From NCBI GenBank assembly GCA_021782715.1, contig JAJXUR010000001.1:1-32741 (forward strand): DNA of 32,741 nt, given 5' to 3'. Source of the DNA: a bacterium (lineage in GTDB: Bacteria > Patescibacteriota > Minisyncoccia > Phycocordibacterales > Phycocordibacteraceae). Below the pieces are notes generated by a model. It made no database searches, was not told the origin of the DNA, and worked only from the letters and a program-made list of their open reading frames with translations. This document shows positions 24,426 to 32,741 of the stretch, one piece after another. How positions within the stretch are numbered: position 1 is the first letter of the stretch; each line of letters starts with the position of its first letter. The translations under genes and the position numbers were made by a program.

Positions 24426-25940
24426 TCAGGCGAAACCGGGGAAATAGTCCGTCTTGATGTGGAGACGCGATACGCCCATGTCTTGCAGTGTCGCTGTAAA
24501 CGCTTCCACCATGCCGTGCGGGCCTGAGATATAGAAGATGCGGTCTTCGTAGTCGGGGATCTCCTTCTTGATGAGTTCGGCGTTTATGGGCCCGCGGTAC
24601 GTACCGGGCATTGGCGCGGGCTCATTGGTGAGCGCATAGACGGTCTTCATGCCGATTACGGTCGCAGCGTTGTCGAAGACGTCTTTGTAGGCTATTTCCG
24701 AAGCGAGCTTGTTCGAATAAAGGAGTACGACGGAGCGCGGGTCTTTTGTATCGACCAAGTGCTGCACCATACTGCGGAACGGCGTGACGCCGATACCGCC
24801 GGCCATGAAGGCGAGTTTCTTCTTCGTATTTCTCGGTAGGACGAAGTCGCCGGCGACGTGCGACACGGAGATCTGGTCGCGCTCTTTCATCGCCCAGAGC
24901 GCCCGTTTGAAGCTGCTGGCCGGTTTGTAGAATTTCACGCCGAGACGCACCGTGTCTTCGGTCGGTGCGGAGGCGATGGTGAAGAAACGCCGGTTGCCGC
25001 GATCGTCATGGAACCGATGAGGAAGCGTCCATTCCACGTATTGCCCCGGATGGAAGGCAAGCGAACGATCCGGTGCGAATTTGAATTCGAACGTACCGTC
25101 GGCGAGCTCTTTCTTTTCGAGCAAGGTCAGCATGAAGCGGCCTTTCGGACTGACGACATAGACGAAAATGTTGCCGATGAGGAGAGCGAGCTCCGGTGTG
25201 AAGTAGAGCGAGCCGATGTGGACGTTCGGTGCGAAAAGGAAGCCGACGATGGCGCCGTAGAGTACCCGGAGCCAGCGGGAGGGCGGCATCGTCAGCGGTT
25301 CGGTGAGCATCACGAAAGCGAGGAAGAATATTGCCGAGTGGAGGATGGTCTGCTTGATGGGCGTCGTGTAGTCGATACTCGTGGTCGTGAGGGCGATGGT
25401 GATGAATGCGGTGATGAGGAAAGCGATGACGAGGTCGAAGCGATGGATCTTGCGTACGATGAGCAGGCCGCCGAGGAAGACGAACGGAAGAAGCGGCAGG
25501 TTGCCGCCGACCCACCAGCTCGCTGCTTGGCCGATGACGAGCGCGGAGAGCGCGACGCCGAAGGCGGCCGGATTGAAGATATGCTTCTTGCCGATAGCGA
25601 AGATGAACTTGGATGCCATCGCCCATGCTGCCGCGAAGATGAGGAAGCCGACACCAGCGTAGTCGGTCGGCGCGACCGGCGTGATGAGGAGGGCGAGGAT
25701 AAGGCCGGTGATATAGAGCGACTCAATGTTCGGTAGCGCGCCGAACCCTTTCACGAACGCCATGTTCACGACCCAGCAGGTCGCGAGGATAAGCAGTGTC
25801 GAGAAGGCGAGATCGCCCGGGCTATAGGGGAGGATATTGAAAAAGCCGAAGACAGCCGCCGCGACCAGCAGCGTGATGAGGTAGTAGAGCACGAGTCGAT
25901 ACATCGTGATCTTGTTGAGGAAGTCGTCGATGAATTTCAT
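24426..25940 (-). CDS. Fusion of an RnfD/NqrB-like polytopic membrane domain with a ferredoxin-NAD(P) reductase-like FAD/NAD-binding domain
   Basis: The N-terminal ~260 aa are multi-TM with FNPAAFG. The C-terminal domain has RRFFTIAS (an RxYS-type FAD motif) and MAGGIGVTP (NAD binding). Confidence 0.7.
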   Translation of the reverse strand: MKFIDDFLNKITMYRLVLYYLITLLVAAAVFGFFNILPYSPGDLAFSTLLILATCWVVNMAFVKGFGALPNIESLYITGLILALLITPVAPTDYAGVGFLIFAAAWAMASKFIFAIGKKHIFNPAAFGVALSALVIGQAASWWVGGNLPLLPFVFLGGLLIVRKIHRFDLVIAFLITAFITIALTTTSIDYTTPIKQTILHSAIFFLAFVMLTEPLTMPPSRWLRVLYGAIVGFLFAPNVHIGSLYFTPELALLIGNIFVYVVSPKGRFMLTLLEKKELADGTFEFKFAPDRSLAFHPGQYVEWTLPHRFHDDRGNRRFFTIASAPTEDTVRLGVKFYKPASSFKRALWAMKERDQISVSHVAGDFVLPRNTKKKLAFMAGGIGVTPFRSMVQHLVDTKDPRSVVLLYSNKLASEIAYKDVFDNAATVIGMKTVYALTNEPAPMPGTYRGPINAELIKKEIPDYEDRIFYISGPHGMVEAFTATLQDMGVSRLHIKTDYFPGFA

Positions 25941-25943
25941 GAA

Positions 25944-26699
25944 TTAGTTTTTCGCGAGTGCGAGCGCCGAAACGAGCGATTGCTGGAATGCCTGACTGGT
26001 GAAGGTCGCTCCCGAGACGCCGTCTATCTGCGCGCTCTGGGCCTGGATAGCTTCTTGCGTGAGGAGCGGCATCGCCTGGCTATTGATGTACACTGAATTG
26101 GAATGCGTGTTCGGGTACTGTAAGAATTGTACATCAGCGAGCTGGCCATTTTTCACTACCGCCTTCACCTGGACCGTGCCGTAGTAGGCATCAGCGGGGC
26201 TGCCGGTGTAAGAGCCGTCCGCATATATGCCGGCGGGTTTTTGTGGCGCCGGCGTCGCGGCGGGAAGGGTCGGTTTCGACGGTGTCTGCGCCGGCGCCGT
26301 CTGTGATTGTGCCGCCGCCGGTGCCGAGCTTGAGCCGGTTATCTGCGCGAGCGTCTGGAGGAGTGCGTCGTTGGCGGCCTGGTAGGACTGCCCGGGAGAT
26401 GTCTCGCCCGCGGGGACCCACCCGTGCGAACCGGGAATGGTTCTCGCGACTGAACCAGTGCCGCCTGAGTGCTGCCACAATGCGTAGACGATCGAGACGA
26501 CGATGAGCCCGAACGACAGGGAGAATTTTTTGCCGGCAAACGGATGTGCCGCGACGGCAGCCGTCGCGGCATCCGTGAAGGCATCATTCACCTCGGGCTC
26601 GCTCCAGCCATTCTTCCGGAGTGATTGCCGTATCCCGTCACGGGAGATACCGGCGGAGAGCTGGGTGCGAACGAAAGCGGCCAATTTCTGATTTTGCAT
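25944..26699 (-). CDS. FMN-binding domain protein, a probable flavinylation substrate
   Basis: It has one TM segment, a low-complexity linker and a C-terminal FMN_bind-like domain containing DGVSGATFTS. Confidence 0.7.
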   Translation of the reverse strand: MQNQKLAAFVRTQLSAGISRDGIRQSLRKNGWSEPEVNDAFTDAATAAVAAHPFAGKKFSLSFGLIVVSIVYALWQHSGGTGSVARTIPGSHGWVPAGETSPGQSYQAANDALLQTLAQITGSSSAPAAAQSQTAPAQTPSKPTLPAATPAPQKPAGIYADGSYTGSPADAYYGTVQVKAVVKNGQLADVQFLQYPNTHSNSVYINSQAMPLLTQEAIQAQSAQIDGVSGATFTSQAFQQSLVSALALAKN

Positions 26700-26738
26700 G
26701 GTTATATCTATAGATACACAGGGCGGGCGGTATTTATT

Positions 26739-27446
26739 TCACTTACGGTCGGTCACCAGGCGGACGCCGTAGGCATATACGATGTTGTTCTTGATCTGCC
26801 CGGCGACGTAGACTTTCTCACCGATTGTGAGTGTGCTCGTGCTGAACCCGAGAGGCGGCACGATGGACCAGGTACCCTCGTCGGAATCGCGATCAGTGTC
26901 GTTATGCGAAATGACGAAGTATGTCGCTGTGATGGCGGTGATGTCGCCGCGGTAGACGCCTTGTTCCACATGCGAGTCATGAACCTGCTCGTACCACGAC
27001 CCGAGGATCGGAAGCTCGTCCTTGTCGGCAGCGGAGAGGAGCGAGGCGTGGAGCGGGGTGAAGCCGATAATCGTACTGCCGACGATGCCAAGTATGAGTA
27101 GCCACAAGAAGATGCGAAGGAGCGGGAATCGGTAGGAAAAATCGAACCGGCGCACGAGCATCTCGAGGACGACGACACAGGCGATGAAGATCAAAAGCGA
27201 CGTCCACGGGAAGAGTGCGACGAAGGCGCCGATGCCGTGCTCGCCGAATTCAAGCAGGTACCCGACGCCGCTCTCATGGACGCTGAAGAAAAGGAAACTG
27301 AGCGCGAAGAGCGCGCCGGCGAGCATGATGAGAGCCGCCGCCCCGACAAGAGCGGCGCGGGATAGGAAATACGCTCGCGAGTGCATGGGGACACCGTCGT
27401 GTATCTTCTCGAGTATCTTTTCTTGGATGTTAGGTTCCTTCAACAT
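26739..27446 (-). CDS. Membrane protein, candidate anti-sigma factor
   Basis: The call rests on position: it overlaps the end of the ECF sigma gene by 17 nt. It has about 4 TM segments and no recognised motif. Confidence 0.5.
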   Translation of the reverse strand: MLKEPNIQEKILEKIHDGVPMHSRAYFLSRAALVGAAALIMLAGALFALSFLFFSVHESGVGYLLEFGEHGIGAFVALFPWTSLLIFIACVVVLEMLVRRFDFSYRFPLLRIFLWLLILGIVGSTIIGFTPLHASLLSAADKDELPILGSWYEQVHDSHVEQGVYRGDITAITATYFVISHNDTDRDSDEGTWSIVPPLGFSTSTLTIGEKVYVAGQIKNNIVYAYGVRLVTDRK

Positions 27447-27987
27447 ATTTTTTCAGTGCTTCACGTGCGCGGTGGAGGCGGATGCCGACGGTCCCGATAG
27501 GCACGTGGAGCACTTCGGCGATCTCCTGGTAGCTCAAGTGCTCGAGGTAATAGAGGATGATGACTTCGCGGTAGGCTGAGGTGAGTGCGTCGAGTCCGCG
27601 GTCGACCAAGCGCTTCGCCTCTTCGCGTTCTTCGCTCTCGGCCGGGTCGATCTCATAGGCAGTGTGCGCCGAGAGCGTGTCGAGGTCGACGGTGATGAAC
27701 GGCCGACGGCTGTCGTACCGGAGTGCGTTCGCGAACAGGTTGTGCGCGATACGGTAGATCCAGGGCGAGAACGGGCGTGTCGTGTCGAAACTCTTGATGT
27801 TCTGATACACCCGGATGAACACCTCTTGGACGACGTCCTCGATGGGGGCGTCCGCTGCGAGGAACTTCCTGCCATAGCGAAGGAGCTTCGGCAAGTACCT
27901 ATTCATAAGTACACCGAAAGCCTGCTCATTCTTTCCCTGCACCAGGACGGCAAGCTCTGCATCGGTCTTCTGGCTCAGGGCCTCCAT
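27430..27987 (-). CDS. ECF-type RNA polymerase sigma-70 family factor
   Basis: Region 2 reads DVVQEVFIRVY...FSPWIYRIAHN. Region 4 reads LSYQEIAEVLHVPIGTVGIRLHRAREAL. Confidence 0.85.
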   Translation of the reverse strand: MEALSQKTDAELAVLVQGKNEQAFGVLMNRYLPKLLRYGRKFLAADAPIEDVVQEVFIRVYQNIKSFDTTRPFSPWIYRIAHNLFANALRYDSRRPFITVDLDTLSAHTAYEIDPAESEEREEAKRLVDRGLDALTSAYREVIILYYLEHLSYQEIAEVLHVPIGTVGIRLHRAREALKKYVEGT

Positions 27988-28066
27988 ACGTTTAGTATAA
28001 CGCGGCGACTGAAATATACTTCTCGTTTCGGTGTATCACTAGTAGTACGTCAACGAAGGAGGACCT

Positions 28067-28474
28067 ATGGATACACCCAATCACCATGAACATCCTGAAT
28101 TATGGTTTCGGCCGAGTCCGGCCCTTCCTTTCGATGTTCTTTCGAAGTTCCTTGGTCAAGAAGCCTTGACCGTGACGCATCGGCTCGGAAAACGCGACGG
28201 AACCCATCCGAAAGGATATGTTCCCGGTACCGTGGCGACCCTGCGTCTGTTCGATGATGTTCGTCGAGAGCATATGTGTAAACGAGTGCGCATTACCGGA
28301 ATCACCAGCAAGCCGCTTTGCGAGTTCGACGGTTCTGAACTGGGAAACGGTGCGTGCCACTCTATGGACTGGCAGTCGCTGCAGCGCGATCTCACCTTCT
28401 TCGAAGGAAGACCGGTTGCGCCAGAGGAACTGGTCAGTAGTGTCGAATTCACCTACCTCAACCATGAAGGATGA
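28067..28474 (+). CDS. Hypothetical protein, 135 aa
   Basis: ORF with a strong SD (AAGGAGG) 6 nt upstream. Confidence 0.55.
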   Translation: MDTPNHHEHPELWFRPSPALPFDVLSKFLGQEALTVTHRLGKRDGTHPKGYVPGTVATLRLFDDVRREHMCKRVRITGITSKPLCEFDGSELGNGACHSMDWQSLQRDLTFFEGRPVAPEELVSSVEFTYLNHEG

Positions 28475-28478
28475 ACCT

Positions 28479-29492
28479 ATGAATCTCTCAACACTCGTAC
28501 GCGAAGGAGTCGCGCATATCGCGCAGCTGCCTCCCCGTAACTGGCGGGACATCGCGACAACGCGGTTCCTCTCGGTACCGCTCATCGCCGAAGATTACCC
28601 GGCGAAAACGGCGGCGATGTGGAATGCTGCTTATGCGGCTCTCGATATGCCGGATCGGAATATGATGCTCGTCGCTGACCCGAAAGATCTCGATCAGATC
28701 ATGTCCGCATTACGGGCGGATCCGAGGTATCAGGGCGGGGGCGCCGGTATCGGCTTCAAAGAGGCAGTGCTCCCGTATCTCGACGACATGACCCCTCTCG
28801 CGAGAGCGATGGGCGCCGTCAACATCATCAAGAAGGATAGTCACGGTCGGCTCGTTGGCGACAATACCGATGGTGCCGGGTACGCGCAGAGTCTCGAGGA
28901 AGCGCTCGTCGGGAATGGCATCGCCATGAAAGATGCGCGCATCCTCATGCTCGGTGCGGGGGGAAGCGGGCGAGCGATCGCCTTCGCGCTCGCCGACAGG
29001 GGAGCGCGCCTGGTTATCCTTAATCGGACCGAAGCAAAAGCACGGGAACTGTCTGAAACGCTGAACCGCTATTTCGGCAGGACGGTCGCATCAGGCGGTG
29101 CTCGAGAGCTCCTTCCTTCGGTACTCGTCGAGACAGATGCAATAGTGTCGGTCATCGACGATGCGGTATCACCGCTCGATGCCTATTCGACGATTGGTGT
29201 CATGGAGTTGCCGGTTACGCGAGAGTCGATTGAACGGAATCGTATCGACACGGAGCATCTTCTCGAGAAGCTCAGCCGCACCGTCATCATTTCGGATATT
29301 CGTATCCGTAAAGGGCCGACGGCGATGCTCTCTCAAGCAAAGGAGCTCGGATTCCGGACGCTCGACGGGATACCGATGGTCGTGAATCAAGGTATCGAAG
29401 CTTTTCGGTGGCTCTATAGCGCGATATCGTTGCCCCGCGGCGCGGGGCAGGCAGATATGGCACGGGTTATGCACGCGGCTGCGGCAGCATAG
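28479..29492 (+). CDS. Shikimate/quinate dehydrogenase family protein
   Basis: It has NTDGAGY and GAGGSGRAIAFAL (Rossmann) motifs. ATG 28479 is preferred over the track start at 28218, which overlaps the upstream ORF. Confidence 0.65.
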   Translation: MNLSTLVREGVAHIAQLPPRNWRDIATTRFLSVPLIAEDYPAKTAAMWNAAYAALDMPDRNMMLVADPKDLDQIMSALRADPRYQGGGAGIGFKEAVLPYLDDMTPLARAMGAVNIIKKDSHGRLVGDNTDGAGYAQSLEEALVGNGIAMKDARILMLGAGGSGRAIAFALADRGARLVILNRTEAKARELSETLNRYFGRTVASGGARELLPSVLVETDAIVSVIDDAVSPLDAYSTIGVMELPVTRESIERNRIDTEHLLEKLSRTVIISDIRIRKGPTAMLSQAKELGFRTLDGIPMVVNQGIEAFRWLYSAISLPRGAGQADMARVMHAAAAA

Positions 29493-29506
29493 GAACGCGT
29501 CGTTTG

Positions 29507-29536
29507 CGGCCGGCTCTCATGAGTCGGCCGTTTTTT
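29507..29536 (+). terminator. Intrinsic terminator CGGCCGGCTC-TCAT-GAGTCGGCCG followed by TTTTTT
   Basis: Read directly. Confidence 0.7.
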
Positions 29537-29541
29537 ATTGG

Positions 29542-30546
29542 CTACAGCGCGAGCACATTGGTGGGGGAACCATTCACGAAGCTCTGGATATTCCCGATGG
29601 TGGTGTCGAGGATGCGCGTGATGGCCTCAGTCGTATTGAAGGCCGCATGCGGCGTTATGATGACGCGCGGGTGGTCGATGAGGTAGTGGTTCGCAAGCGT
29701 AATCTTGAGCTCGGTTTCGTTCGGGTGTGGCGCAGTGAGCAGCGCCACCTCGTCGGAAAGGTCGCCCTCCTCTTCGAGCACATCAAGCCCCGCGCCGGCG
29801 AGCGTGCCGTTCTCGAGCGCCATGACGAGCGCTTCGGTCTCGACGACCGCGCCGCGGGCGGTGTTGATGAGGTACGCGCCCTTCTTGATGATGCCGACAT
29901 TCTCTTTATTGATGAGATGGTGCGTGTGCGGGTTGTAGGGGACGTGGATTGAGATGATGTCAGACTGCGCAAAGAGCTCGTCGAGCGATACATAGGTGAA
30001 GTTGTAGGCACGCGAGACGGCATCGTCCGGGCGCGTCTCGAAACCGATGACCTTCATGCCGAAACCGTTACCCATGCGGATCATGTGCTGGCCGATATGC
30101 CCGCAACCGATGACGCCGAGCGTTTTGCCTTCGAGGTCGAAGCCGCGGAGGCCGGCGGGCGAGAAGGCGCCACTCTTTACGCGCCCGCTCGCTTCAGGGA
30201 TGCGGCGCGAGAGCGAGAGCAGGAGAGCAAAGGCGAATTCGGCGACGGTGTTCTCGCCGTACGAGGGGACGGTTACGACCGTGATACCGCGCGCCTTCGT
30301 CGTGGCGAGGTCGATGTGGTCGAAGCCGGTCGAGCGGGTCGCGATGAGCGAAAGCGCGGGGAAGCGGTTAAGCTCCGCTTCGCCTATTTTCGAATCGATA
30401 AAGATACAGAGCGCGTCTGCCGTGGAATCGGAGAGATCGGGGTTCTCCGCGAGCGTGCCTTTATGGAAGGTGATGGTCTCACCCGGCAGCTTCGTGCGCA
30501 CATATCCCTCCTCCCAGTCTTCGCCCGAAAAATAATGAATGTCCAT
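29542..30546 (-). CDS. D-isomer-specific 2-hydroxyacid dehydrogenase family protein
   Basis: It has GVIGCGHIGQ (NAD binding), INTARG, and the H of ITPHAAF. Confidence 0.85.
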   Translation of the reverse strand: MDIHYFSGEDWEEGYVRTKLPGETITFHKGTLAENPDLSDSTADALCIFIDSKIGEAELNRFPALSLIATRSTGFDHIDLATTKARGITVVTVPSYGENTVAEFAFALLLSLSRRIPEASGRVKSGAFSPAGLRGFDLEGKTLGVIGCGHIGQHMIRMGNGFGMKVIGFETRPDDAVSRAYNFTYVSLDELFAQSDIISIHVPYNPHTHHLINKENVGIIKKGAYLINTARGAVVETEALVMALENGTLAGAGLDVLEEEGDLSDEVALLTAPHPNETELKITLANHYLIDHPRVIITPHAAFNTTEAITRILDTTIGNIQSFVNGSPTNVLAL

Positions 30547-30594
30547 AGAGGCAGTATACGATACTCGATCGGGGGTACCGGCGGCTTGTGGATA

Positions 30595-31584
30595 CTATCC
30601 GGCTTCGGGCAAGGAATACTCTCTTGCCGCCGGGACGTAGGCGGACGGTATCGCGGCTTCCTCTTGACGAGGTGACAGGTACGCTCTGGAGACCTGGCGA
30701 GTCCGAGGGAGGCTTATCTTCTTTCGCCGCGCATGGACCCGGTGAAGGAGGACGTTGCCGTCCATGCCGATGCTGACAAGTCCGGATTCGTACATGTCGA
30801 ATCCGCCTGCGTTCACGTATCGGATGCCGTCCAGGGAGAACTCCAGTGGTTCGTGCGTGTGTCCGGCGAATACGTACTCGGCATTGTGCTGCTTGGCGAG
30901 CGTGATCGCGCCGGCCGCGACCTGACGGGGTATCTTCGTCAACGACTTCACTCGGCGTTTCGTGAAGTTGGCGATCGTGTGCTTCTCACGGTCTATCCGT
31001 TTCAGTATGTCCCAGAAGAATCCGCCGAGCTTAGCGATGGCCCGCGCGACGCGTTTCCCCCGCACGATATGGTCCCATTGGTCGCCGTGGATATGTATGA
31101 ACTTCACCCCTCGGTACTCGTGCGACAGCAATTCCTCGCGCTCCCAATTCCCGATCAACGAGAGGGCCTCGAGGACGTCGAGCTTGTTCGCGTCATGGGC
31201 GAATCGCCCTTCCTTTCGGAGCGCGGTCACTTGTTTGAGGAGCACGTGCACGTCCTTATCGTGGTTGCCGCGGGTGTACACCACGCGCATGCCGGCGCGA
31301 CGCTTCCGGTCGATGAGGCGCAGGAGATCCCGTTCGCGCCGGTCGAGCCGTTTCAATAAATGACTGAGGGAACTCGTTTCCAGGAAATCGCCGTTCAGGA
31401 CGAGCATCCGGCACTCGGTCTTCAGCAGTATTTCCGTAAGAGCATCGCAGCGGTTGTTCGCTGCGAGGTGGACGTCTCCCGGACTGATCAGGTACGCTTG
31501 TCGCGGCAATTCGGGAACGATCTCTTCGACGTACGTTTCCGATGCTGCTGGCAGCGCGGTATTTTTTCTTGCAAGAGGAACCAT
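30595..31584 (-). CDS. Calcineurin-like metallophosphoesterase
   Basis: The motifs GDVHL, GDFLE, GNHD, HGDQWD and GHTH occur in order. Confidence 0.75.
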   Translation of the reverse strand: MVPLARKNTALPAASETYVEEIVPELPRQAYLISPGDVHLAANNRCDALTEILLKTECRMLVLNGDFLETSSLSHLLKRLDRRERDLLRLIDRKRRAGMRVVYTRGNHDKDVHVLLKQVTALRKEGRFAHDANKLDVLEALSLIGNWEREELLSHEYRGVKFIHIHGDQWDHIVRGKRVARAIAKLGGFFWDILKRIDREKHTIANFTKRRVKSLTKIPRQVAAGAITLAKQHNAEYVFAGHTHEPLEFSLDGIRYVNAGGFDMYESGLVSIGMDGNVLLHRVHARRKKISLPRTRQVSRAYLSPRQEEAAIPSAYVPAAREYSLPEAG

Positions 31585-31665
31585 AAGCGATTGCGGTATC
31601 AGAGGGAGGAGTCTGCGAGGATTAATAGCCGTCGGGCATGCGTCACCGGGGGATGATGAGTGCGG

Positions 31666-32223
31666 TTACGCGGTGGGAGCGTTCTTACGGGGACGGGCTG
31701 CGCCGCAGAGCTTTTTGAAATAGGGCCGCGCGTAGCGGTCGAGGCCCCAGTATCCAGCGACGCGACGGGCGGTCATGATGCCGAGGCCGAGCACGAACAT
31801 GAGCGGGTTCGTGCTCACGGTCCCGGCAAAAAGATAGTTGAGGTTCATGAACGAACCGAAGAATGCCGCGACGCCCGTGCAGAGCCCGACGATGAGACCG
31901 AGCCCGACGAGCACTTCGCCGACGGCGACGGCATTCGACCAGAGAGCGAGGTGGGATAGGACGGCGCTCTGGAGGAATGCGGCATACCACAAGGAGACGT
32001 CCGGGTGCGCGCCGCCAGTCTTGCCGAGCGCGCCCTGCACGAATCCGCCGAGTGCGGCACCCGCGCTACTGCCGAACCAGGCCGGATTGATGAGCTTTTC
32101 ATAACCGGCTATGAGCCATTGCCAGCCGAGGTAGAGGCGGACGATGAGCCAGAAGGGAGCGCTTGCGGAGCTGACGGTGAAGAAATGGGCGAATGCGGAC
32201 TGCCGAACCGTGTAGTCATTCAT
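31666..32223 (-). CDS. DoxX/DoxD-like membrane protein
   Basis: The protein is 185 aa with about 4 TM segments. RLYLGWQWLIAGYEKL is typical of DoxX-like proteins. The assignment is from memory. Confidence 0.5.
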   Translation of the reverse strand: MNDYTVRQSAFAHFFTVSSASAPFWLIVRLYLGWQWLIAGYEKLINPAWFGSSAGAALGGFVQGALGKTGGAHPDVSLWYAAFLQSAVLSHLALWSNAVAVGEVLVGLGLIVGLCTGVAAFFGSFMNLNYLFAGTVSTNPLMFVLGLGIMTARRVAGYWGLDRYARPYFKKLCGAARPRKNAPTA

Positions 32224-32288
32224 GTGCCCCTATTCTAAACCAGACGGCGCAAAATGAAAGTGCCGCTCGTGGAGTACAATAAGCCGGT

Positions 32289-32741
32289 ATGAAGGAAACA
32301 CGGCTCAGCATGGGCATGCCTATCGAGATAGAGATTGTGGATAACGGCGGCCGCGCGACACTCGAAGCAGCCTTCGCCTACCTCGTATCGGTCGATGAGC
32401 GCTTCAGTACGTACAAGGAGACGAGCGAGATATCGCGCATCAATCGTGGCGAAATAGAGCCAGGGAAAGAAAGCGAAGAGATGCGCGAAGTCTTCGCGCT
32501 CGCCGAGAAGACTAGGCAGGAGACGGGCGGGTATTTCAATATCCATCGCTCTGATGGTCTTATCGACCCTTCGGGCATCGTAAAGGGATGGGCGATACTG
32601 AATACGGCGAAGCTTATTCGTGATGCGGGGTACGAGGATTTTATGGTGAATGCCGGCGGCGACATCGCGATGAGCGGGAAGAATGCGAAGGGTGAGGAGT
32701 GGAGCGTCGGCATCCGCAATCCGTTCAACGTGAACGAAGTC
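32289..32741 (+). CDS. apbE: ApbE family FAD:protein FMN transferase, 3'-partial (runs off the window)
   Basis: This ORF is not in the track because it has no stop. My manual translation of 151 codons has no stop. DPSGIVKGWA, NAGGDIA and WSVGIRNP match ApbE signatures. Confidence 0.85.
   Translation, partial: MKETRLSMGMPIEIEIVDNGGRATLEAAFAYLVSVDERFSTYKETSEISRINRGEIEPGKESEEMREVFALAEKTRQETGGYFNIHRSDGLIDPSGIVKGWAILNTAKLIRDAGYEDFMVNAGGDIAMSGKNAKGEEWSVGIRNPFNVNEV

Noticed and set aside
32235-32728. Minus-strand ORFs 32235-32546 and 32378-32728 at the window end
   Set aside because: The plus strand here encodes a clear ApbE N-terminal half, open to the window edge and therefore missing from the track. 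The minus ORFs are antisense artefacts.

Overview
The window has two compositionally different parts. Part 1 (1 to about 13,080) is lower in GC, roughly 45-50% from hand-sampled lines. It begins at an initiator-like tRNA-Met(CAT) gene at 249-319. Every CDS call in it lies on the + strand; the only minus-strand item is a decayed gene fragment at 7261-7413. The genes sit in blocks separated by an unusual family of long intergenic repeat modules. The genes are an ASCH protein, a small hypothetical, an S51 peptidase, a pyrophosphatase-like protein, an unknown 298-aa protein, an ABC-F ATPase, an unknown 373-aa protein, a patch of decayed gene fragments, an HExxH protein, and a csoR-copA copper operon with an HMA-membrane protein and a cupredoxin-like protein. 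The modules are built from fragments resembling the tRNA T-loop and acceptor 3' end on both strands. They also carry a 117-nt core that is 115/117 identical between two copies and ends in an intrinsic terminator, a hairpin with a compensatory base change, and a promoter plus mini-ORF leader. Upstream of the tRNA, its first 17 nt are repeated in tandem four times, with promoter-like boxes. Decayed copies of the tRNA 3' end plus its trailer recur at about 2215, 3891, 5995, 8883 and 13000. The last copy coincides with the GC jump and is followed by a terminator. I read this as a tRNA-anchored, serially accreted, cassette-like island, but no integrase, transposase or reverse transcriptase is visible anywhere in the window. 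Part 2 (about 13,100 to 32,741) is higher in GC, roughly 60-67% by the same sampling, and looks like ordinary chromosome. It encodes two HlyD-type adaptors, a DHA2 MFS pump and MarR; a cupin; phosphoketolase and acetate kinase; a surface protein with Ig-like repeats and a peptidoglycan-binding domain; an AI-2E transporter; and a SHOCT protein. It also holds a co-directional minus-strand block of ECF sigma, membrane protein, FMN-binding protein and an RnfD-like::FNR-like fusion. The remaining genes are a shikimate-dehydrogenase-family protein, a D-2-hydroxyacid dehydrogenase, a metallophosphoesterase, a DoxX-like protein and a 3'-truncated ApbE flavin transferase that is missing from the ORF track. 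The phosphoketolase gene carries an in-frame TAA followed by 35 codons of recognisable C-terminus. I found no CRISPR array, no rRNA and no clear mobile-element gene. All calls come from reading the sequence and from motif memory; no searches were run.
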